The notes beneath the pieces are model-generated. The model was not told the DNA's origin, did not search any database, and was given only the letters and a program-made list of their open reading frames with translations. Of a stretch of DNA of 38,719 nt, positions 9,914-17,360 are shown in pieces (the first letter of the stretch is position 1; every line of letters begins with the position of its first letter). The stretch comes from Bdellovibrionota bacterium (GTDB taxonomy: Bacteria > Bdellovibrionota > UBA1018 > UBA923). The stretch covers positions 1 through 38,719 of the forward strand of contig JBFMCE010000033.1 of NCBI GenBank assembly GCA_040754655.1, given 5' to 3'. The position numbers were made by a program, and so were the translations under genes.

Positions 9914-9926
9914 TAGTTTTAAACTA
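9914..9926. promoter_or_regulatory. Candidate operator palindrome TAGTTT-T-AAACTA
   Basis: Perfect 6-bp inverted repeat 10 nt upstream of the arc-like ATG. The TAGTTT half-site recurs at 9959-9964, 9979-9984 and (inverted) 9496-9501 upstream of mcr. The region is AT-rich, so chance is possible. Confidence 0.35.
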
Positions 9927-9999
9927 TTTTAAGTGCAACTCCTAATTTAGCAATCGTTTAGTTTTGTATGGTTGCATTTAGTTTCAAATAATGTCATAT

Positions 10000-10134
10000 C
10001 CAGAGTTGCAGAATGCAGTCGATGCCGGCAAAAACCTGGCTTTGGCCGGCATTTTATCCCATCCCCCAACGAAAGAGGCCTTGAAGGGATCTTTTCCTTG
10101 GAAAAGCCCTTCAGAAATGGCCTCTTTCTATTTT
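10000..10134 (+). ncRNA. Candidate structured RNA (sRNA or attenuator/leader) of unknown family
   Basis: Hairpin ATGCCGGC(10022-29)/GCCGGCAT(10045-52), C-rich linker, then a long interrupted stem GAAAGAGGCC/GGCCTCTTTC, TGAAGGG/CCCTTCA, CTTTTCC/GGAAAAG (10071-10128) followed by TATTTT. Possible promoter TTGTAT-N17-AATAAT at 9964-9992. Confidence 0.4.
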
Positions 10135-10167
10135 CACCAGTCCCCTGTTATAAGCTGCTTAACCCGC

Positions 10168-10479
10168 ATGACAGAACCTAAAGATTGGTATGAACTGAAT
10201 ACCGACCGACAGCATATAACCAAAGAGCGCGAAAAAGCGCGAAAGCTGCGCAAAACTCAGTGGTGGAAGGACAAGCTCAATCAAGGCGTTTGTCATTATT
10301 GTTCGAAGAAGTTCGCGCCTCATGAGCTTACGATGGACCACGTCGTTCCGCTCGCGCGCGGCGGCCGTAGCACCGCTGGCAACATCGTGCCTTCTTGCAA
10401 GACCTGCAACAGTTCAAAAAACCTCGAAACTCCGGTCGAACAGCTGCTCAAGTCGCTTAAAAAAGACGACGAAGCGTAA
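10168..10479 (+). CDS. Small HNH endonuclease (103 aa)
   Basis: CHYC...TMDHVVPLARGGRSTAGNIVPSCKTCNSSK is a canonical zinc-binding HNH motif. Start placed at ATG 10168 (MTEPKDW) because the longer ORF runs through the hairpin region. Confidence 0.88.
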   Translation: MTEPKDWYELNTDRQHITKEREKARKLRKTQWWKDKLNQGVCHYCSKKFAPHELTMDHVVPLARGGRSTAGNIVPSCKTCNSSKNLETPVEQLLKSLKKDDEA

Positions 10480-10555
10480 GCGCGGCCATCGACTTTAAGC
10501 CCAATGACTTCTCTAAAGAGCAGACTATTCTTCTAACTAAAGGAGGCTGCAAAAT

Positions 10556-10777
10556 ATGGGGCATGTCGCCAAAGCAAATACCGTGCGTTGTGATGTCCTT
10601 GATGAGATTGAGGCAGCGATCACGCTGAAAAGTCCTGTTCGAATCTGGTTGGAAGATGGGTCTCACCGCCTCGGTGATCCTCTCGACCTCTACACCGAAA
10701 ATCACGAAGACTTCGTGCAACTTCGCAATCATCTGCCGATCCCCCTTTCTCTGGTCGTTCGCGTTGAGCGGGTATGA
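10556..10777 (+). CDS. Rof-like Rho-binding antiterminator family protein
   Basis: 73 aa; RCDVLDEIEAA...IWLEDG...DL...EDFV matches the Rof pattern (CDxxDxLExA...LxDG...DL...EYL). AGGAGG RBS upstream. Confidence 0.65.
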   Translation: MGHVAKANTVRCDVLDEIEAAITLKSPVRIWLEDGSHRLGDPLDLYTENHEDFVQLRNHLPIPLSLVVRVERV

Positions 10778-10789
10778 TATACCGCTCAC

Positions 10790-12070
10790 ATGGCAGATCA
10801 TGATCAAAATCCTGAGCGGCGCCGTTTTCTCACCCAATCGGGTGGGATGCTCGGGGGCTTTCTCGCAAATCCTGGCGCCGCGCTTTTGAGCCTTGTAGCG
10901 GGCTCGCTGGTTTCGAAAACAGGGCGATCCGCTGCGAACGCCGCTGACGTTGCGTCATTCGAAACCGAGACCGCAGTCGCCAAAAAAGTGCTTCATGCAA
11001 ACGAAGCCGTGAACTTGCAAGGCGATCCGCTGGGACTTGATTTGAGCTCAATGGTTTTAGTTTCACAGCCCGAGGCTTGGAGCGCCCAAAAACAATGCAA
11101 CCGGGTGCTGCTTGTTTTGGCTCATGGCTGCGCCGCAGGTCAGATTGATCCCAAGCTTTCGCGCAGGCATGTGGGATTGAGCATGATTGAACTCGAGCTT
11201 TCTGAAAACGGTTGGTCTCATCGCATCTCTGGGATGATGAACCGAAGATGGCATGCGGAAAGCCCCGTTGCGATAGAAGGGATGCGCTTCCAAGAAAATG
11301 CGCCCGCCCTGCGTGTTCAGAGGCTTTCGCAGGGAATGGCGGGCATCGCATCGATGGCCTTATCGGGCTGGCAGACAGTTCTGGCTTGCGAGGCCAGGCC
11401 AGGCGATTCTTACCCACGGTTTGAGTTTTCAGAGGAACGAGAAAAACAGCACTTCCACCGAGACTGGGGATGGGTTGTGGAAGTGAACCCCTTCACCGGT
11501 ACTGCCATCAAAAGGTTTAGCCTGGGAAGGGTCTTTCCCGTGAGCGCAAGCCTGGCGGCGTCGGCTGGGAAGCCTGTTTCCATCTATCTCTTGGGCCAAC
11601 GCGAAGACGGTTTGGGGTTTTTATTCAAGTTCATAAGCCACCAAAGGTTTGACTCAAGAATGCTCACAGCCAATGCATCGATTCTCTCGATGGGCGAGCT
11701 TTGGGTGGCAGACATTGAAAAGAGGCGGTGGGGTCGTGTTTTCGAAGGTAGCGGCGGGCGGAGCTGGGAGGAGGCGATGGTTTCTCCATATCAGGCGACA
11801 GCCCAGTTTCATGGATTGCCAGAGCCTCGAAAGCTTGCTTGCGATGAGGTTGAAAAACACCTCTATGTGCATTCCGAAAATAAGATCTTCGTCTTAAGTG
11901 AGCGCCTGGAGCCTTTTGATTCTCAAGAGTTTGAATGGAACGAAACAAAGATGTCTTTTGACGACTCGCCCTTTGAACCCGCGGATCAGGCCTTCGCGCC
12001 CTTTGGAGCTGGCATGTTCTTCATCGAGAAGACTGAGACGGGGCCTGCGATCTTTGCGCGAACTTCTTGA
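10790..12070 (+). CDS. Tat-exported PhoX/DUF839-like protein, apparently degenerate
   Basis: Twin-arginine signal ERRRFLTQ. PhoX-like blocks VGLSMIEL, WQTVLACE, WGWVVEVNPFTG..KRFSLGR, FLFKFIS, GELWVAD, but several metal-ligand motifs are altered. Confidence 0.7.
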   Translation: MADHDQNPERRRFLTQSGGMLGGFLANPGAALLSLVAGSLVSKTGRSAANAADVASFETETAVAKKVLHANEAVNLQGDPLGLDLSSMVLVSQPEAWSAQKQCNRVLLVLAHGCAAGQIDPKLSRRHVGLSMIELELSENGWSHRISGMMNRRWHAESPVAIEGMRFQENAPALRVQRLSQGMAGIASMALSGWQTVLACEARPGDSYPRFEFSEEREKQHFHRDWGWVVEVNPFTGTAIKRFSLGRVFPVSASLAASAGKPVSIYLLGQREDGLGFLFKFISHQRFDSRMLTANASILSMGELWVADIEKRRWGRVFEGSGGRSWEEAMVSPYQATAQFHGLPEPRKLACDEVEKHLYVHSENKIFVLSERLEPFDSQEFEWNETKMSFDDSPFEPADQAFAPFGAGMFFIEKTETGPAIFARTS

Positions 12071-13379
12071 GAATCCTCTCATAGTGGTGGCGTTTGGCTT
12101 TGCCATTCCCAGGACTGCACATGAGGTCAGTCAAGTCAGGCACGATCTCTAGGACCTCAAACCCTTCACTGCCCTTGTCTCGGTAACCTCTGAAATACCA
12201 ATCGGCAAAACCCAGGATGTGACCAAATTCATGGGCAGCGACATTGTGAGAGAGGTCTTGGGGCCCGAGAGCGATGTAGCGCCCAGGCGACGCAAAGGTT
12301 GAGTTCGAGCCTGTGGTGATGACGCCGCCGTTTTTCGGAAACCTAGCGATGTGTTTCGAGAGGTCCATTTTTTCGCCGGGCCTAGGCGGCTTCGATGGGG
12401 CATAAAGCTTTTGCGGCGAGACAGGCGTTAATTTGATCTCAAGCTTGTAAACATTCTCGCGGCTTTCGACATACCATTCTTTCTCAATGGCGGTTTTCAA
12501 CTTTGTCGTGAAAGCTTTGTTCGAAATATCGGTATAGACCGGCACTTGAACGATCCAGACATTGGGTTTGGGATGCCTCACTTGAACGAAGCCGGGAAGT
12601 TCAAGCTCCTCGGTTTCTTTGTCAAGTTGCTCGGCGTATTTTTTCTCCTGCTGCACTTGTTGATCCGTGGGGCTCGGGATGTCTCTCAGTTTCTGCCTCT
12701 CAACCACCAGATCGTGCAGAAAGGTCAGCCGGTCAAAACGAGCGCGATCTTGAGCGATGGCTTGTTGCCAAAAGCGATTGTATTGAAGGTGATGGTCAAT
12801 GGTGTTTTGGTTTGCCCGCAAAATGGCGAATTCAGCGGCGGTTTTTCCTAAAATGGCCTTTCGGTCAGGGCTTGAGAGCTTGGCAAGAACCCCGAGTTTT
12901 TCTTGAGCCTCGTCTATCTTGGTGAGTTCCCAGCGGATGAATTGCTCAGTGCGCGCCCAGCTGTAAGAAGTGGAAATGGGCCTTGTTTCTTTGATCTGTT
13001 TCGCCTCGTGATCTACGAAGAGCCGTGGCAACACTTGATAGCCGATTTCCACCGGCTTTGGGGGCGGAACGGTCATGCGCTTTAAAATCTCAGGTGCGTC
13101 TTGCTTCAAGGCCGCGCGCAAAGCATCGTAAACCTGCGCCAGCCGTTTGGCGTATGAGAGGTAAAGGTCTTCGACTTCTTTTCCTCTCTTGAGGTGAGCG
13201 CCTTCGTCTTTTGTGGCCGACCCAGGTGCCGCGAGTTCTTTGCGCAACCACTCGGTGCGGTTTTCTGAAGTCCATCCGAAAGGCGACTGAAAAAGCGAGG
13301 TCAAAGAAAGAGCGGCACCAAGGAACCGCTTTGCTGTGCCGGCCGTAAGATAGCGGTGTTCAGTCTTCATCAGCGTCAT
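12021..13379 (-). CDS. Putative exported zinc metalloprotease (metzincin-type)
   Basis: HEFGHILGFADWY (HExxHxxGxxD) plus downstream DLMC Met-turn; hydrophobic N-terminal segment; start overlaps the upstream stop (TAATG). Confidence 0.75.
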   Translation of the reverse strand: MTLMKTEHRYLTAGTAKRFLGAALSLTSLFQSPFGWTSENRTEWLRKELAAPGSATKDEGAHLKRGKEVEDLYLSYAKRLAQVYDALRAALKQDAPEILKRMTVPPPKPVEIGYQVLPRLFVDHEAKQIKETRPISTSYSWARTEQFIRWELTKIDEAQEKLGVLAKLSSPDRKAILGKTAAEFAILRANQNTIDHHLQYNRFWQQAIAQDRARFDRLTFLHDLVVERQKLRDIPSPTDQQVQQEKKYAEQLDKETEELELPGFVQVRHPKPNVWIVQVPVYTDISNKAFTTKLKTAIEKEWYVESRENVYKLEIKLTPVSPQKLYAPSKPPRPGEKMDLSKHIARFPKNGGVITTGSNSTFASPGRYIALGPQDLSHNVAAHEFGHILGFADWYFRGYRDKGSEGFEVLEIVPDLTDLMCSPGNGKAKRHHYERILKKFAQRSQAPSQSSR

Positions 13380-14212
13380 TAAATGAATCCTATTTGATCG
13401 AGCCCCTCTTCGGTCTCAAGGAGGTGCTTGAAGTGCTTGGCCATCTTCGCCCCATACAACCCGTCGATGAAACGATGGTCAAAAGTCACGCCGATCTTGA
13501 AAACCGGGGCGATCTCGATCTTTCCCTCCCTGACCACGGGCGTGTCTCGTACCGCGCCGACCGCGAGCCCGACCGGGATGCGACTGTAAGAAATCAGCGG
13601 TGCAAAAGCCTCATCAAGGCCGATCGAGCCGATGCTTGTGATCATCGCGCTTCCAAAAGGATCTTTCGGCAGCCCAAGCCGCCTGAGATCAAGGTTTAGC
13701 GTGTACATGAGAAAAGAGGTGAGTTCTAAGAGAGGGCGCATCAAGAAAACAGGCACAAACGAAAACATCGATTTGGCCTGTTGGAAATTGGGATCCTTGT
13801 CTTCTCGAATCGCCTTCGCTTTGAGCTGAAGTTCTTTCGCGATCTCAGCCAGGGATTTTTTCTCGGCCTCAAAGATAGAAACCCCAGAGAGTTCTTTTCC
13901 CTCGTCATCTACCGCAGTTTGCAGGAAAAGGGTGACGTTCTTTCTGAGGTAAATGCGCTTCCACCGGATCAAACCGTTGAGCTGAGGATAACGGTTCATG
14001 GTGAGTGCTGTCGCGCGCGCGACGATGGCCGTGATGGTCGGAGGTTTCGATGACGGATCTCGTTTTCGCCACAGCGCTTGACGCTGGGCCAGCCGAGTCG
14101 CATCGATGCTTAAGGTCCCGTAGACTGACGGATCGCCAGGAGAGTGCCATGTGCCTAACGCGAGTTTTCGCCAACTTGAAAGTTTGAGGCGCTCGAGTTC
14201 GACATTCGGCAT
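13379..14212 (-). CDS. 2-oxoacid dehydrogenase acyltransferase (E2) catalytic domain only, no lipoyl or E3-binding domain
   Basis: 277 aa; AMITSIGSIG, VGAVRDTPVVREGKI, TFDHRFIDG (DHRxxDG catalytic motif). Confidence 0.88.
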   Translation of the reverse strand: MPNVELERLKLSSWRKLALGTWHSPGDPSVYGTLSIDATRLAQRQALWRKRDPSSKPPTITAIVARATALTMNRYPQLNGLIRWKRIYLRKNVTLFLQTAVDDEGKELSGVSIFEAEKKSLAEIAKELQLKAKAIREDKDPNFQQAKSMFSFVPVFLMRPLLELTSFLMYTLNLDLRRLGLPKDPFGSAMITSIGSIGLDEAFAPLISYSRIPVGLAVGAVRDTPVVREGKIEIAPVFKIGVTFDHRFIDGLYGAKMAKHFKHLLETEEGLDQIGFI

Positions 14213-14216
14213 TGTT

Positions 14217-15644
14217 TCAAGTCCCTTTGTGCACGGAAAGACCCTGGCTATCGAGAAAAGACTCGCAGATCATCTCAGAAAGCGTCGGGTGAGGATGGAT
14301 CGTGTCTCCGATTTGTTTTGCCGTAAGGCCTGTTTGAATGGCAAGTGCCACTTCAGAAATCAGGTTGCTCGAGTCATGCCCGAAGATCGTGCAGCCAATG
14401 ACCTTGCCCGTATCGCGGTCGATCACCGCTTTGACCATGCCCTTGGTACGGCCCACGCAGAGCGCCTGAGAGTTCTCAGCGTAAGTGTATTTTCCAATCG
14501 CAACTGCGATGCCCTTTTGCCGGGCTTGATCAGGTTGCAGCCCCACAGAGGCCATTTCAGGAATCGTGAAAATCGCTCCCGGCACCGTATCATAGTTGGT
14601 TCTGCATTCCTCGCCGCACATGGCGCGAACAGCAATGCTCGCATCGTACCAGGCCTTGTGCGCCAGCATTTGGCCTCCGACCACATCGCCACCGGCAAAG
14701 AGCCCCTTGCAGGCAGTCTGCAGCTGCTCGTCTACGACGACATGACCTCGCGGAGTGAGTTTCACGCTCAGTTGCTCTAGGCCGATTCCCTCTGAATTGG
14801 GACGTCTTCCGATGGCCAAGAGAACCGCTTCCGTCTCAAGCGAACTCGTCTTTCCATCGCTTTCAAGTTCGAGCTGAACAGACTGAGCGGAAGTTCTTAA
14901 AGCCCTCACCTTGGTGTGCAGATGGATCTTGATGCCATTGCTTTCGAATTGCTGCATCAACAGGCCCACGATTTCTTGGTCCATCGCCGAGAGTACTTGT
15001 GATGAGTGCTCGAGCAGGTGAATCTCAACGCCAAAACGATTGAGAATGCTCGCAAACTCGCAAGCCACGACACCACCGCCAACGATAGTGAGGCTTTTGG
15101 GAAGCTCATTTAAAAGAACAATGTCATCGGTATTGAGCACTTTCTGATGGTCGGCTTTCAAGACATCCGATTCCGCGGGTCTGGAACCTGTGGCAATGAG
15201 CACAAATTTTGAGGTGAGTTTCGAAGAGCCTCCTTTTGACTTCAGGCTCACTGTGAATCTTTCAGTCTCACGCTTGGGATCATACGATTCTACGAACGCG
15301 TCTGCCTGAAAAACCTGGGTACCCAAGGCAAGCATGCGCTTTCGGATGGTCGAAGACATTTGATCGGTGATCGCGTACTGGCGCTTTACGGCTTTAGAGA
15401 AATCAAACTCGATCTTGCTTCCGATGGTGATGCCGTGTTGCTCAAGGTCCGCTAGTCGCTGCAGTGCGACGGCTGTGCCCCAGAGAGCCTTCGTAGGGAT
15501 GCAACCACGGTTGATGCAAGCCCCACCGATTTGGTCGCGCTCAACTAGAGCGACCTTGAACCCCTGCAGCGACCCACGGATCGCAGCAGTGTACCCGGCC
15601 GGTCCTCCACCTATGATGATCAGATCGAACGTGTTGTTTTTCAT
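14217..15644 (-). CDS. lpdA: Dihydrolipoamide dehydrogenase (E3)
   Basis: GGGPAGY FAD motif, GGACINRGCIPTK redox disulfide, GGGVVACEF NAD motif, MLAHKA, C-terminal HPHPTLSE. Confidence 0.9.
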   Translation of the reverse strand: MKNNTFDLIIIGGGPAGYTAAIRGSLQGFKVALVERDQIGGACINRGCIPTKALWGTAVALQRLADLEQHGITIGSKIEFDFSKAVKRQYAITDQMSSTIRKRMLALGTQVFQADAFVESYDPKRETERFTVSLKSKGGSSKLTSKFVLIATGSRPAESDVLKADHQKVLNTDDIVLLNELPKSLTIVGGGVVACEFASILNRFGVEIHLLEHSSQVLSAMDQEIVGLLMQQFESNGIKIHLHTKVRALRTSAQSVQLELESDGKTSSLETEAVLLAIGRRPNSEGIGLEQLSVKLTPRGHVVVDEQLQTACKGLFAGGDVVGGQMLAHKAWYDASIAVRAMCGEECRTNYDTVPGAIFTIPEMASVGLQPDQARQKGIAVAIGKYTYAENSQALCVGRTKGMVKAVIDRDTGKVIGCTIFGHDSSNLISEVALAIQTGLTAKQIGDTIHPHPTLSEMICESFLDSQGLSVHKGT

Positions 15645-15663
15645 CCTTGGTTTTTCTAATCCC

Positions 15664-17061
15664 TTAGAGAGCTTTTACTTCGGTCACAAGCTCTTGCAAA
15701 ACGTTTTTGGCGTCTCCAAATAGCATGCGTGTTTTAAGGTCGAAAAACAAATCATTTTCAATTCCGGCAAAGCCCACTCCGCGCCCTCTCTTCACCACGA
15801 GAATGTTCTTTGCGTGGTCGGCATTGAGGATTGGCATGCCATAGATCGGGCTCGATGGGTCTTTCCTCGCGGCGGGATTCACGACGTCATTGGCTCCGAT
15901 CACGAGAGCGACATCAGTTTGAGCGAACTCAGGGTTGATCTCTTCCATGTCGATGAGCTTGGGATAAGGAACATTTGCTTCGGCCAATAGAACGTTCATG
16001 TGGCCAGGCATCCGGCCAGCTACGGGGTGGATGGCGTATTTGACTTCAACACCTCTTTTTTCGAGAAGCTCATCAAGTTCGTGCACCAAATGCTGGGCTT
16101 GGGCTACTGCAAGACCATATCCTGGGATGATGATCACGCGCCGTCCATATCCCATAAGAATTGCGGCTTCAGAAAATGTGATCTCACGTTGAATCTTGTC
16201 GTGGCCCGAAGCGGCTCCGCCGGCTGTTGCTCCACTTGCTCCGGCTCCGAAAGAACCGAACAAGACATTAGAAAGCTTGCGGTTCATTGACTTGCACATC
16301 AATAGAGTGAGAAGCGATCCTGCCGCGCCCACAAGAGTGCCGGCGATGATCATCGACATGTTTTGCATCGCAAACCCGGTCACTGCTGCGGCCATGCCCG
16401 TGCAAGAGTTGAGAACTGAAATCACGACCGGCATGTCGGCGCCACCGATCGGAAGAACTTGAAGCACGCCCAAAATCAAGGCAAGTCCTGTTAAAACCAG
16501 CGAAAGTTGCATTGGGCTAAGCTCTAGGCCAGGCGCTTGAATGAGCATGGCAGCGCTTGCAATAAAGATGATCAGCACAATCAAAGAATTGATCGTTTTC
16601 TGAAGAGGCCAGCGCAGGGGTTTTTCTGAGATCAAGCCTTGAAGCTTTCCAAAAGCAACTAAACTTCCGGTGAAACTGATTGCACCGAAGAGAATCCCAA
16701 AAAGAGTAGGCAATGCATGTTGCCACTCAGCCACTGGAATTGAGTGCATCTCAGCAAGCGAGATCAAGAGTGCACAAGCGCCACCCATGCCATTAAAGAG
16801 AGAGACCATTTGGGGCATTGCCGTCATTTGCACTCGTTTGGCTAGAATCCAACCAGGTACCGTGCCCACGAGAATCGCAAGCGCAATCAACCCGAAATTC
16901 GCCATGCCTTCTAAGAACAAGGTGCCGCCAAGTGCGATGGCCATTCCGAGAGCCGCCATGAGGTTGCCCGAGCGCGCGGTGCGCGCAGAGCTCAAGCGTT
17001 TAAGCCCAAAAACAAAAAGCACTGAGGCGATGAGGTAAGAGGCTTCTGCTGCCAAGCTCAC
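15664..17061 (-). CDS. pntB: NAD(P) transhydrogenase beta subunit
   Basis: VQMTAMPQMVSLFNGMGG, PIGGADMPVVISVLNS, PGYGLAVAQAQH, HPVAGRMPGHMNVLLAEA, GANDVVNPAA. Confidence 0.97.
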   Translation of the reverse strand: MSLAAEASYLIASVLFVFGLKRLSSARTARSGNLMAALGMAIALGGTLFLEGMANFGLIALAILVGTVPGWILAKRVQMTAMPQMVSLFNGMGGACALLISLAEMHSIPVAEWQHALPTLFGILFGAISFTGSLVAFGKLQGLISEKPLRWPLQKTINSLIVLIIFIASAAMLIQAPGLELSPMQLSLVLTGLALILGVLQVLPIGGADMPVVISVLNSCTGMAAAVTGFAMQNMSMIIAGTLVGAAGSLLTLLMCKSMNRKLSNVLFGSFGAGASGATAGGAASGHDKIQREITFSEAAILMGYGRRVIIIPGYGLAVAQAQHLVHELDELLEKRGVEVKYAIHPVAGRMPGHMNVLLAEANVPYPKLIDMEEINPEFAQTDVALVIGANDVVNPAARKDPSSPIYGMPILNADHAKNILVVKRGRGVGFAGIENDLFFDLKTRMLFGDAKNVLQELVTEVKAL

Positions 17062-17360
17062 TTCGGTTTCTCCGGCTGTGAGGGTTTTTTCTTGAACATC
17101 TCAAGCATGCGATCGGTCACAACGAACCCACCTACGACGTTGAGTGTTCCTAGAACGACCGCGGCAAATCCAAGCAGCGTGAGCGTGAGGTCTCCCGAAG
17201 CCTTGCCCAGAATATAAACCCCGCCAATCAAAACGATGCCGTGAATAGCGTTTGCCCCCGACATGAGCGGGGTGTGTAAAACAGCGGGCACTCTTCCGAT
17301 CACTTCGACTCCGGCAAAGATCGCGAGAATGAAGATATAGGTCATCGCAAGAGCGCTCAT
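17058..17360 (-). CDS. pntAB: NAD(P) transhydrogenase alpha-2 (membrane) subunit
   Basis: VPAVLHTPLMSGANAIHG, NVVGGFVVTDRMLEMF; 4-nt overlaps with both neighbours. Confidence 0.95.
   Translation of the reverse strand: MSALAMTYIFILAIFAGVEVIGRVPAVLHTPLMSGANAIHGIVLIGGVYILGKASGDLTLTLLGFAAVVLGTLNVVGGFVVTDRMLEMFKKKPSQPEKPK

Noticed and set aside
10000..10134. Known riboswitch, SRP or 6S RNA
   Set aside because: I could not match conserved cores of cobalamin, c-di-GMP, fluoride, TPP, SAM, SRP or 6S RNAs on either strand by eye; an Rfam scan is needed.
9991..10167. N-terminal extension of the HNH ORF (162 aa version)
   Set aside because: It runs through strong hairpins, has no RBS and no protein-like pattern. 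ATG 10168 gives a typical small HNH.
10000..10479. IscB/HEARO (OMEGA) or Cas9-like RNA-guided system
   Set aside because: The protein is about 103 aa with HNH only: no PLMP, RuvC or bridge helix, and no CRISPR array or IS ends.
14217..15644. Soluble transhydrogenase SthA or mercuric reductase
   Set aside because: The CxxxGC disulfide with MLAHKA and HPTLSE fits E3. There is no C-terminal Cys pair or metal-binding domain.
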